Part shown: positions 48,271-56,330 of the stretch, piece by piece | How positions within the stretch are numbered: the first letter of the stretch is position 1 | How the letters are laid out: every line of letters starts with the position of its first letter | DNA from: a virus | DNA: 64,000 bases | Direction: 5' to 3' (one strand) | IMG/VR virus record: IMGVR_UViG_3300032223_001832 | Span: 8,419-72,418 of that record | Made by a program: the position numbers and the translations under genes | Notes under the pieces: model-generated | What the model was told of the DNA's origin: nothing | Database searches by the model: none | What the model saw: the letters and a program-made list of their open reading frames with translations, nothing else

Positions 48271-49728
48271 ATGCAGCTTATCTACCTGGGGGCAGAAGTC
48301 CCTTCAAATCGTACTTTATTAGAAACTACCTCAGCTACCCATGTTGGCGTGAGCTTTTGGCGTTTGCAAAAACGAGGATTACCTGCTAAGGGTTATTTAT
48401 TAAAAAACTACTTTAACAAGGACTTCCAAATTCATGTGCATCCTGGTATCCCCAAAGATACCCAGCTTGACAGGGTTGAGCTGGAGGTATTTGCAGCTGA
48501 GTACGAAGAGTTTATTGCCCACAACATAGACCGACTCTATACTTTCAATGAAATTAACGCTGACTGGATTGACCAGTCGTTTGTTGAAGAGCAGCGCCGC
48601 ACTGTCTGGGCCGAGGTTCCTCCAGCTAAGTTCCAACCTATCTGGAGCCCAGCCACAGGTCTTGCCGCCCTTAATTTATTAGTAGATGAGTATTTAGATA
48701 TAGCATTGCCTGGGGATGCCCTGGAGACCGAAACCCAGCTCGCTACGGTTACCAGAACCCACGCTCGATTGAACGGTACTCGCTACCATGTGCTAGGCTC
48801 AGCGCGTCCTGACAACCTACGCCAAGTCGCTGTAGAAACCGCTAGCACCCAGTCATGGCTTAGCCCAATGATAAACGGCGAAACGATTGTCTGGGACGGT
48901 ACAAAGTTGAACCGTTACCCAAAGCGCATGAAGGAACAAGCTAGAGCCAGATACAGAAATGTGTACTTGAAGGCGGGCTTGGATGTAGATAAGATTATGG
49001 AAGACGACGCTCAAGAGGTATGTCGTCTTGCTGTTTGGTCGTACCAACAATTTGAATCGAGGGTGAATGGCGTGACTAATAACGAGTTCTTATATGATAA
49101 TAACGATGAATTGGTACTCGGAGAAAACGCGGAAAACACCCCTTCCCATATTGATAATAAGGGTGTTCAGACACGGAAACTTTTGCCTCGTGAAGAGCAT
49201 GAAATGGGTAACTTACCAGTCTTTGGATACGACGTTTCTACCGTCGTTGAGGACGATGGAACCATCAAAGATGTACAGACAGTTCAGTCTCAAAGTACCT
49301 CACTTAGGTCATGTGACACCTGCTTCGTAGCCTCTAACTGCCCTGCTTTTAAACCTCAAAGTGTGTGCGCTTTTAAGTTGCCTATTGAGATTAAGACCAA
49401 AGACCAGTTAAAGGCACTCATCAATTCTGTTATCGAAATGCAGGGACAACGGGTCGCTTTTATGCGTTTTGCTGAAGAAATGAGCGGTGGATACGCAGAC
49501 CCTAACGTTTCACAAGAGATTGACAGGTTATTTAAGTTAATAAAAACTACTAAAGAGTTGGACGACTCACGTGAGTTTATTCGCATGACGGTAGAGCGAC
49601 AAGGCTCGGCTGGAGTGCTATCCTCTATCTTTGGCGATAAGGCTCAGGCCTTAAAAGAGTTGCCTGATGGGGGTTTAAATGAAGAACAAACCACCCAAAT
49701 TATTCGCCAATCTTTAGAAGATAAGTAA
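48271..49728 (+). CDS. tRNA-guanine-transglycosylase/DpdA-like TIM-barrel protein (degenerate) with C-terminal Cys4 cluster
   Basis: QPIW, H.LG, S..SW...GE pattern; CDTC.....CPAF.....C. Confidence 0.5.
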   Translation: MQLIYLGAEVPSNRTLLETTSATHVGVSFWRLQKRGLPAKGYLLKNYFNKDFQIHVHPGIPKDTQLDRVELEVFAAEYEEFIAHNIDRLYTFNEINADWIDQSFVEEQRRTVWAEVPPAKFQPIWSPATGLAALNLLVDEYLDIALPGDALETETQLATVTRTHARLNGTRYHVLGSARPDNLRQVAVETASTQSWLSPMINGETIVWDGTKLNRYPKRMKEQARARYRNVYLKAGLDVDKIMEDDAQEVCRLAVWSYQQFESRVNGVTNNEFLYDNNDELVLGENAENTPSHIDNKGVQTRKLLPREEHEMGNLPVFGYDVSTVVEDDGTIKDVQTVQSQSTSLRSCDTCFVASNCPAFKPQSVCAFKLPIEIKTKDQLKALINSVIEMQGQRVAFMRFAEEMSGGYADPNVSQEIDRLFKLIKTTKELDDSREFIRMTVERQGSAGVLSSIFGDKAQALKELPDGGLNEEQTTQIIRQSLEDK

Positions 49729-49804
49729 TTCTTCTTATCATATAACAGACCCTAACAAGGGGTTGAAATAGCGTTACCCAGAAACTACAAAGAAACGAGG
49801 AGAT

Positions 49805-51838
49805 ATGTCATTGTCGTTCCGCTTAGGTGAGGACTTCCTAGCAGGATACAGAGGGAAGAAAGTGCCTTGGGGTTACCAAGATGCGGCTGGCAATTCGGTG
49901 GGAGAAATTACTTTTCTACGAACATACTCTCGACTTAAAGAAGATGGAACCAAGGAGACTTGGACAGATGTATGCGAGCGAGTCATCAATGGTATGTACT
50001 CCTTGCAGAAAGACCACGCGAAGTTAAACCGTCTTCCATGGTCAGACGCTAAGGCTCAAGCTTCAGCCAAAGAAGCTTTTGACCGTCTGTGGAATCTCAA
50101 GTGGACTCCGCCAGGACGCGGGCTTTGGGTTATGGGAACCCCTCTCGTAAATGAACAGCGCAATTCAGCCGCCCTTCAAAACTGTGCTTTTGTCTCTACG
50201 AACTCTATGACTAAGAACGACCCCGCTAAGCCTTTTGCTTTCCTAATGGAAGCCTCAATGCTTGGTGTGGGAGTTGGTTTTGACGACAAGGGCGCAGATA
50301 AAGACTTCACTATCTACCCTTGCGAAACAGGAGAAAATTATGTCATCCCCGACACCCGAGAAGGCTGGGTCGAATCAGTTGCCGCCCTCATCAATGCCTA
50401 CCTTAAGCCAGATACGAAGTGCCCTGTATTTGACTACTCAGAAATCAGACCTGCGGGTACTCCGATTAAAACCTTTGGAGGCACAGCCGCGGGACACGAA
50501 CCGCTAGAGCGTCTTCATAACCATATCCGACGAATCTTTGGTGCCCGAGCTGGTGAGAAGCTGACTCGTGTAGATATTGCTGATATTGGTAATCTAATAG
50601 GAGTTTGCGTAGTTAGCGGGAATGTACGCCGCAGCGCTGAGCTTCTTATGGGCAGAATCGACGACGCAGACTTTCTTAATTTAAAGAATGCCTCTGCCTT
50701 CCCTGACCGTAACTCCTACGATGCCAAGGCTCCTGGATGGGCTTGGATGTCTAATAACTCTGTTGAAGTCTCTGTTGGACAAGACCTCTCAGCAATCGTA
50801 GATGGTATCGCCCGCAACGGTGAGCCTGGGGTTATTTGGATGGATGTGTCTCGTAAGTACGGTCGCTTGGCTGACCCAGAGAACAACAAGGACTGGCGCG
50901 TTATGGGTTACAACCCTTGCGCTGAACAATCTCTTGAATCTTTTGAGTGCTGTACTTTAGTTGAAACTTACCTTAATCGTCATGAGAACTTAGAAGACTT
51001 TAAAAGAACTTTGAAGTTTGCTTATCTCTACGCTAAGACTGTTACTCTTTTGCCTACCCACTGGGAAGAAACAAACGCAATCATGCAGCGTAACCGCCGT
51101 ATCGGAACTTCAATCTCTGGTGTAGCAAACTTTGCTGATAACAAAGGTCTCCCTGTCCTTCGTACTTGGATGGATGAGGGATACAAGGTTATTCAGGGAT
51201 ACGACAAGGGCTACTCTGAGTGGCTTGGTATCCGCGAATCAATCAAAACCACAACGGTAAAGCCTTCGGGAACTGTCTCTATCCTTGCAGGTGAGTCCCC
51301 AGGAGTCCATTGGCCTGTTGGCGGTAAGCACTTCCTTCGTGCTATTAGATTTGCTAACTCTGACCCTATGTTGCCTCTCTTTAAGATGGCGCAGTATCGC
51401 GTAGAGCCAGCGTCGGAATCTCCAGATACAACTTCTGTTGTTTTCTTCCCTGTGGAATCTAATGCGGTACGTTCTGAGAAAGAAGTATCAATCTATGAGA
51501 AAATGGCACTCGCGGCTCAAGCCCAACGCTATTGGTCTGATAACTCTGTCTCTGTAACTATCTCTTTTGACCCTGAAACTGAGGCTAACGCTATCGACAA
51601 GGTTCTCCATATGTACGACGGGCAACTTAAAACTGTCTCTTTCCTACCTAGCGGAAATACCGTTTATCCACAAATGCCTTACACGCAGATTACTGCCGAA
51701 GAATACGAGGAGTATCGCATGACTCTCTTTCCTATTGACTTCGCTGGTGTGTACGCAGGTATGGCCGCCGATGCTGTTGGCGAAGCTTACTGTACGACTG
51801 ACGCGTGTGAAGTTAAGTTAATTAAAGATAATATATAA
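49805..51838 (+). CDS. nrdJ: Class II (adenosylcobalamin-dependent) ribonucleotide reductase
   Basis: RTYSR, PPGRGLW, NCAF, GNVRRSA, NPCAEQ, TVKPSGT, C-terminal CTTDAC; no beta subunit nearby. Confidence 0.92.
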   Translation: MSLSFRLGEDFLAGYRGKKVPWGYQDAAGNSVGEITFLRTYSRLKEDGTKETWTDVCERVINGMYSLQKDHAKLNRLPWSDAKAQASAKEAFDRLWNLKWTPPGRGLWVMGTPLVNEQRNSAALQNCAFVSTNSMTKNDPAKPFAFLMEASMLGVGVGFDDKGADKDFTIYPCETGENYVIPDTREGWVESVAALINAYLKPDTKCPVFDYSEIRPAGTPIKTFGGTAAGHEPLERLHNHIRRIFGARAGEKLTRVDIADIGNLIGVCVVSGNVRRSAELLMGRIDDADFLNLKNASAFPDRNSYDAKAPGWAWMSNNSVEVSVGQDLSAIVDGIARNGEPGVIWMDVSRKYGRLADPENNKDWRVMGYNPCAEQSLESFECCTLVETYLNRHENLEDFKRTLKFAYLYAKTVTLLPTHWEETNAIMQRNRRIGTSISGVANFADNKGLPVLRTWMDEGYKVIQGYDKGYSEWLGIRESIKTTTVKPSGTVSILAGESPGVHWPVGGKHFLRAIRFANSDPMLPLFKMAQYRVEPASESPDTTSVVFFPVESNAVRSEKEVSIYEKMALAAQAQRYWSDNSVSVTISFDPETEANAIDKVLHMYDGQLKTVSFLPSGNTVYPQMPYTQITAEEYEEYRMTLFPIDFAGVYAGMAADAVGEAYCTTDACEVKLIKDNI

Positions 51839-51846
51839 GTTAATAG

Positions 51847-51878
51847 AAAAAGCCCCTCGCTTTCGCGGGGGGCTTTAT
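51847..51878. terminator. Bidirectional intrinsic terminator at the strand switch
   Basis: AAAAAGCCCCTCGC-TTTC-GCGGGGGGCTTTAT between convergent gene blocks. Confidence 0.85.
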
Positions 51879-52032
51879 TCTTTGGTAGAGACTCTCTGTT
51901 CTCTTTAACCTGATAAGTGAGCGCAGGTACGGCTCTCTCTCTAACTGTGAAAAGCAAGCAAAAGCAGTTAGAAAGGTCATGACCGCCCTTAGCATAGAAA
52001 GGCTAGATTGCTTTAACGCTCTCTTATCTCTC

Positions 52033-52296
52033 CTAGAAAAACTCGCTGAACGCGCTGTAATTGGCTTCCGCATAGGTTGAGGCGTGTGCCATCAAATCAA
52101 CTACATGGTTGTCTCTCTCGCCTATAGTTCTATTAAGATACTCAAGCAAACCCTGTGCGTATTTCTCTACAAACTCTTTATTGGAAAGCAAGTTCCAGCC
52201 TTCTGTCCATTGGTGCTTCTCTCCTTTGATACCGCAAGCGCAGTTCTCTCCACAACAGGTATCTGCCATTGGCAAATCTTGTTCGTTATCGCACAT
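52033..52296 (-). CDS. Hypothetical protein with CC..CxC motif
   Basis: Likely start MCDNEQ after a purine-rich RBS. Confidence 0.55.
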   Translation of the reverse strand: MCDNEQDLPMADTCCGENCACGIKGEKHQWTEGWNLLSNKEFVEKYAQGLLEYLNRTIGERDNHVVDLMAHASTYAEANYSAFSEFF

Positions 52297-52318
52297 CTCT
52301 CTCTCCCTCTCTCTCTTC

Positions 52319-52414
52319 TTATTCTTCTTCATCTTCTACCCACTCATCAGGGTCGATATTAGGAGTTGGGTGTCCCCAATCAGGTTCGGGAAGTATAGGG
52401 TCTATAAAGGACAT
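52319..52414 (-). CDS. 31-aa acidic Pro-rich peptide (not in ORF track)
   Basis: MSFIDPILPEPDWGHPTPNIDPDEWVEDEEE*; TAATG coupling. Confidence 0.5.
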   Translation of the reverse strand: MSFIDPILPEPDWGHPTPNIDPDEWVEDEEE

Positions 52415-52692
52415 TAGATAGCCACCTTATAAAGCACATCACCAGTAATAAGCGTAGGTTTTCCGTTGTCGTCGGTCTTTACTATATTAAACTTCACCGA
52501 CTTCTTGCCTGTAATCTCAAATACTTTAGCCTTAATCCAACGCTTTGCCGCCGAAGGGTTAGAGTGAGCTTCGTAGAAATCAAATTCGTTTTCGCCTTGA
52601 TATATTTTATATCTAGTTAGCCATGAGCCACCTTTTTCGGTGTTCTTGATAATCTGAATATGAATACGGCGTTCTTCTTTCTTTATTGCCAT
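52414..52692 (-). CDS. Basic hypothetical protein
   Basis: AAGGA RBS. Confidence 0.7.
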   Translation of the reverse strand: MAIKKEERRIHIQIIKNTEKGGSWLTRYKIYQGENEFDFYEAHSNPSAAKRWIKAKVFEITGKKSVKFNIVKTDDNGKPTLITGDVLYKVAI

Positions 52693-52718
52693 TTAGTTTT
52701 CCTTTGTTTGTGTAGGGA

Positions 52719-52976
52719 TTACTTACCGCAGACTAGGCAAGTATTGTTTTCAGGGTTATATGGTGTGGATAGTGGTGAAGGAACATAGTCGCTCTCTTGG
52801 TTAGGGTCAAGCGTAGTCTCAGCGCAGGTAGCGCAACCTCTCCACGCAACTTTGATACCTAACGCTGTCTCTTGCGCGTACACATGGTCAATAGCCTTGT
52901 TACGCCCATCTATCTTGTCTCTCTCCGCGTCGTAAATCTCTTTACACTCCGCTTGTAGAGTATCTAATACGCTCAT
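52719..52976 (-). CDS. Hypothetical protein with two CxxC
   Basis: GAGGG RBS; CATC..CLVC. Confidence 0.6.
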   Translation of the reverse strand: MSVLDTLQAECKEIYDAERDKIDGRNKAIDHVYAQETALGIKVAWRGCATCAETTLDPNQESDYVPSPLSTPYNPENNTCLVCGK

Positions 52977-53173
52977 TGTTTCCCTCTGTTCATGTCTCTC
53001 CACGCTTTTTTAAGTATGGACTTATCAGGCATACTCTCCATAATTTCACCTACGACCTGTCTGCCTTTGTCGTTGATACGGAAGGTTGCTTTAAGGTTCT
53101 CATCATACTCTACTTCGATAAGACCTTCATTAAGGAGTTCTACGAGTGTCTCGTCTAATTCTTGCTCGTTCAT
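52973..53173 (-). CDS. Small winged-helix-like protein
   Basis: GAGG RBS; L..L..EGLIE...FRI..KG. Confidence 0.6.
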   Translation of the reverse strand: MNEQELDETLVELLNEGLIEVEYDENLKATFRINDKGRQVVGEIMESMPDKSILKKAWRDMNRGKQ

Positions 53174-53454
53174 TATTGACCGCCTCTCTTGTCGTACATC
53201 TCTAACGCGTGTTCCAGCGTCTCGCAATAGTCGCCTTTGTACGGGCGTAATTCTACCTCTCCTGCCTCATTAAATACATAATCCATATTCCATACTACGA
53301 ACGGGTGTAGCGTGTTACCGCCCCTCACCGCTAAGACTACGAAGGTCTCTCCGTATTGGTAGTAGGCTTTAATAATCGTAGCATTGTTACTCATAGTAGC
53401 GCCGACTAGGTTAGGTGTTTCTAACTCCATTAGTGCTTCTTGGATATTACCCAT
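53173..53454 (-). CDS. Hypothetical protein
   Basis: PFVVW...GDY....AL..Y..R motif. Confidence 0.65.
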   Translation of the reverse strand: MGNIQEALMELETPNLVGATMSNNATIIKAYYQYGETFVVLAVRGGNTLHPFVVWNMDYVFNEAGEVELRPYKGDYCETLEHALEMYDKRGGQ

Positions 53455-53608
53455 TTGTTTTCTCTCTTTCGGTCTTTACTTCTGCCATTAGTTGCTTTAC
53501 ATGGAGACGGCGAGCCTGTCTGTTAGTTGAGTAGGCGGTTACTGCCCCACGCTTCTTTTGATAGGGCGATAGATTACCGCCATGAGCCTTTATTCTTTTA
53601 ATTGCCAT
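53447..53608 (-). CDS. 53-aa basic protein (not in ORF track)
   Basis: MAIKRIKAHGGNLSPYQKKRG...KTNG*; fills the gap. Confidence 0.5.
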   Translation of the reverse strand: MAIKRIKAHGGNLSPYQKKRGAVTAYSTNRQARRLHVKQLMAEVKTEREKTNG

Positions 53609-53609
53609 G

Positions 53610-53912
53610 TTATGCCTTCTCTCTTAGTAGTTGTAACTCACGCTCTTTGCGCTTGATAGCCTTTGCTCGTCTCATTTCTCCTGTGGTAAATCCTACTTGA
53701 CGGGCTAAATCATTAAATATAATTCTAAACTCATCTTTATAGGTTCGTTCTAGTACGGCTTGCGCCCTAGACTCACATTGTCGCCACGATAAGTCGGGGT
53801 TCATAGACCTAATCTTTTCTCTATTAGTCTTATGTTCCTCTCTATGCTTACTGCGTAATTGAGTGCCAGCCTTGCTGTAAGTCCTACTGCTTAGTTTTAG
53901 GTCGTATGCCAT
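53610..53912 (-). CDS. Basic helical hypothetical protein
   Basis: GGAG RBS before MAYDLK. Confidence 0.6.
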   Translation of the reverse strand: MAYDLKLSSRTYSKAGTQLRSKHREEHKTNREKIRSMNPDLSWRQCESRAQAVLERTYKDEFRIIFNDLARQVGFTTGEMRRAKAIKRKERELQLLREKA

Positions 53913-54214
53913 TGGTAAGACTCCATATTCATATAGATTATCTCTCCCTCTTGTTGAGCCATTTCCTCTAGGGCTATGGCTGTCCAATCGGGCGCGGTAT
54001 ATGAGTGCGTATTATTAAACGCGTCTATCTCCTCGTTAGTCGGGGCGGTAGTATCGAGCATTGTATATGGGATTTTATGCTCATGTAAATAACTCCCGAA
54101 GGAATTAGTTAGGACATTGTGGAGTTGGTTGCGCTCTCTGCGACCGATTAGCGCGTCATGTTGAGCCTCGATAGTGATAGTGAAGGTGAGAGTTCTCTTA
54201 GGTGGTCTTGGCAT
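53897..54214 (-). CDS. Hypothetical protein
   Basis: TAATG coupling; GAGG RBS. Confidence 0.6.
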   Translation of the reverse strand: MPRPPKRTLTFTITIEAQHDALIGRRERNQLHNVLTNSFGSYLHEHKIPYTMLDTTAPTNEEIDAFNNTHSYTAPDWTAIALEEMAQQEGEIIYMNMESYQWHTT

Positions 54215-54417
54215 TAGTTGTCCTCGCTAATCTCGTTGCCCTGCTCGTCATAGACCGATACGGCGTATGAAGCCTGAAGTGGGCTGAAGCCATGATGACT
54301 TTTAACTATGTCGTCGGCGCACTTTATTAGATAATCCTCGTCGTCGGTAGTATCAGTAAAGACCGAAGTAGTGAGCGAGAAGTAATCGCCGATAAATAAT
54401 ATGTTGTATGTTTCCAT
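54214..54417 (-). CDS. Small acidic hypothetical protein
   Basis: AAGGAAGGA RBS directly before METYNI; the longer TTG start of the ORF track is rejected. Confidence 0.6.
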   Translation of the reverse strand: METYNILFIGDYFSLTTSVFTDTTDDEDYLIKCADDIVKSHHGFSPLQASYAVSVYDEQGNEISEDN

Positions 54418-54469
54418 GTTTCCTTCCTTGACTTGGTTAGTAAAGTAATTAACTATCTCAGGGTGGGTC

Positions 54470-55061
54470 GCATACGCCTTCATCTCATCTTGCGAGAGAA
54501 GTATGAAGCGGTCGCCATCAAGGTTCTTGCGTGTCTTAATCATAGGCAGACTTCCTATTAAGGTAGCCCTGCTTAGGTACATAGAGATATTACGATAGTA
54601 TCGTGGTAGCAACCGCTCTCGCTCACGCTATACCCTAAGCAGGGTTACAGGGTTTTGATAATCTCTTACTAACGATACAAGGAAGGCTATATGCGGTCTA
54701 GTACCTTTCACATACTAAGACAATGGCGATTTAAGTAGTCCAATCTTTTCAGCGACACAGTTACTAAGATTAGTAACTCCGTAGTATGCGTAATACCGCT
54801 AAGTCGCGCCCACACCTAACACTTATTGCCTTACAACCTATTCGTTAATAGGATTATCAAATCTATTTAGTTATCAAATATATTGGTGAGACTAGGTACA
54901 GCGTTTGTCGTATCCGTTGCGGATTATAGGCTACGCCTTCCCCCGTCTTTTCTCGCGGTCTGACTATCGAGGGCTTTCTCTTTCGAGAATTGTCTCTAAG
55001 TGCTACGGCACATAAGCGGTCGGGTCTGACCTATCCTAGCCTCACCAATTCTATTTAGTTA
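54470..55061 (-). ncRNA. Putative large structured non-coding RNA, or a tandem set of structured RNAs
   Basis: Closing stems 54882-54896/55035-55049 (G-U on the - strand), 54654-54663/54852-54861 and 54567-54577/54634-54644; internal hairpins including UUCUC-GAAA-GAGAA; no credible ORF. Confidence 0.6.
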
Positions 55062-55670
55062 CCAACTTGCTTGGTAATAGTAGTCTAACTCTTGGTCGGC
55101 ATTAGCCAATATCGAGTTAATAGTTTCTACTGTATATTCTAAGTCTTTGTAATACCACTCATCTTTTTCGGTGCTACCGAAGAAGAAACCTTCGGTCGGT
55201 GCGAGTGGGTCGTCAAGCGTAATAGCATTATTATACTTTTTTGCTTGTTGCTCTTTCCACTCGTTCAGAATCATAGTAGGTATGTCGGCAGTATTGCTTT
55301 CATCAAGGTTAATAACCCTAGTAGTCTCGTCATTAGGTACGGCTTCACTACGATTAGCAAGCGCATTAACGCATAGGTCTCGTAGTTTTATTAAGTCGTC
55401 TTTATCAACTCTAATCCGTTGGCACTCATCTACGCCATTGGCTAACTCTCTGACGAACCACCCATGAATAGCGTTAGCCTTGCGCCAATAACCCACGCAT
55501 TTAGCGACCATTACGCTACCTAAGTCGGGCGTTGGCAGGTTATCTAGCCCTGCGCTTTTGAGAGTGGCGAGATAGGTTGGATTAACTTCTCTCGTCATTT
55601 TGTTATCTACCATTGTGTAATCGTTCTGACCGATATATTTCTCGGCGTATAGGTACATATCTAGACCCAT
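55059..55670 (-). CDS. Conserved phage protein (MGLDMY / YWRKAN type)
   Basis: MGLDMYL, YWRKANAIHGWF, GFFFGS..D.WY, YYQASW. Confidence 0.8.
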   Translation of the reverse strand: MGLDMYLYAEKYIGQNDYTMVDNKMTREVNPTYLATLKSAGLDNLPTPDLGSVMVAKCVGYWRKANAIHGWFVRELANGVDECQRIRVDKDDLIKLRDLCVNALANRSEAVPNDETTRVINLDESNTADIPTMILNEWKEQQAKKYNNAITLDDPLAPTEGFFFGSTEKDEWYYKDLEYTVETINSILANADQELDYYYQASW

Positions 55671-55897
55671 TGTGGGTTGCCTTCTTTCTTGTTTAGTCGG
55701 TTAATTGCTGAACCTATATCATCTGCTAAGTTATCGTCAAGCGTTTGTATGTCTTTTCGATAATTATTTTTTACCCATTTCTTTTCATCATCTAGCCAAA
55801 TAGTGCCGTCTTGGAAGTGTGCGATTTCTGTCTCGACACTCCAACCCCACTCGCTAGTGTTAGTATCGTAATTTATTAGAAAGTGGTGTTCGCTCAT
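55661..55897 (-). CDS. Hypothetical protein
   Basis: Tightly packed operon. Confidence 0.6.
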   Translation of the reverse strand: MSEHHFLINYDTNTSEWGWSVETEIAHFQDGTIWLDDEKKWVKNNYRKDIQTLDDNLADDIGSAINRLNKKEGNPQWV

Positions 55898-56046
55898 AGT
55901 GCGCCGACCACTTCACCGAAGCGTTTATTTAATTCTTGTTGTTGTCCGAATAGGTCGGTCATAATTTCTATGACTTTACCTAGTTTGGCTACTCTGTCCT
56001 CTAGTGCTTCGATACGCGCTTCTTGTTGGAGTTCATGCTCGTTCAT
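55894..56046 (-). CDS. 50-aa coiled-coil peptide (not in ORF track)
   Basis: MNEHELQQEARIEALEDRVAKL...GAL*; coupled to genes on both sides. Confidence 0.55.
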   Translation of the reverse strand: MNEHELQQEARIEALEDRVAKLGKVIEIMTDLFGQQQELNKRFGEVVGAL

Positions 56047-56330
56047 TAGATAATTACCCTTCTGTTGTCCTCTAGATAGAATAGATAGTCTTTGGCTACC
56101 TTGATTAAGTTAATAAGATTATCGCGCTCGATTTCGGGTGCTTCTAATCCGTCTTGGATACGCACTAGGATTTCTTTCATCTTGTCGGCGTAATCTGTTT
56201 TGACTACTGTGATTAGAAAGTCGTCATTGTTGGCGTAATCGTCGTATTCTGTTTGTGTTGGCGGTACGCAGGTATGGTTTTCCCATAGTCCTGCCTTAAT
56301 CTCATCACCGCAACTATTACATTGAGCCAT
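56046..56330 (-). CDS. Hypothetical protein with CxxC..HxC
   Basis: AAGGA RBS; TAATG coupling. Confidence 0.65.
   Translation of the reverse strand: MAQCNSCGDEIKAGLWENHTCVPPTQTEYDDYANNDDFLITVVKTDYADKMKEILVRIQDGLEAPEIERDNLINLIKVAKDYLFYLEDNRRVII

Noticed and set aside
3158-49586. Many short antisense or alternate-frame ORFs overlapping + strand genes (e.g. 14063..14704, 23895..24245)
   Set aside because: They are shadows of well-supported genes on the coding strand, with no motifs or translation signals.
49729-49804. NrdR box or riboswitch upstream of nrdJ
   Set aside because: No convincing NrdR palindrome, and the gap is too short for a riboswitch.
17420-51672. Isolated DnaA-box matches at 17420, 42910 and 51664
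   Set aside because: They are single copies inside coding sequence without the module context and are compatible with chance.
52296-52335. CT-rich low-complexity tract as a repeat element
   Set aside because: Explained by Glu codons and a purine-rich RBS on the - strand.
54418-54612. N-terminal extension of ORF 54214..54612 from a TTG start
   Set aside because: The TTG has no RBS, a strong AAGGAAGGA precedes the ATG at 54417, and the extension overlaps stable stem-loops.
54470-55061. tRNA, tmRNA, group I/II intron or cobalamin riboswitch identity for the structured region
   Set aside because: By eye I found no T-loop/CCA cloverleaf, tag ORF, intron catalytic motifs or B12 box; left unassigned pending an Rfam search.
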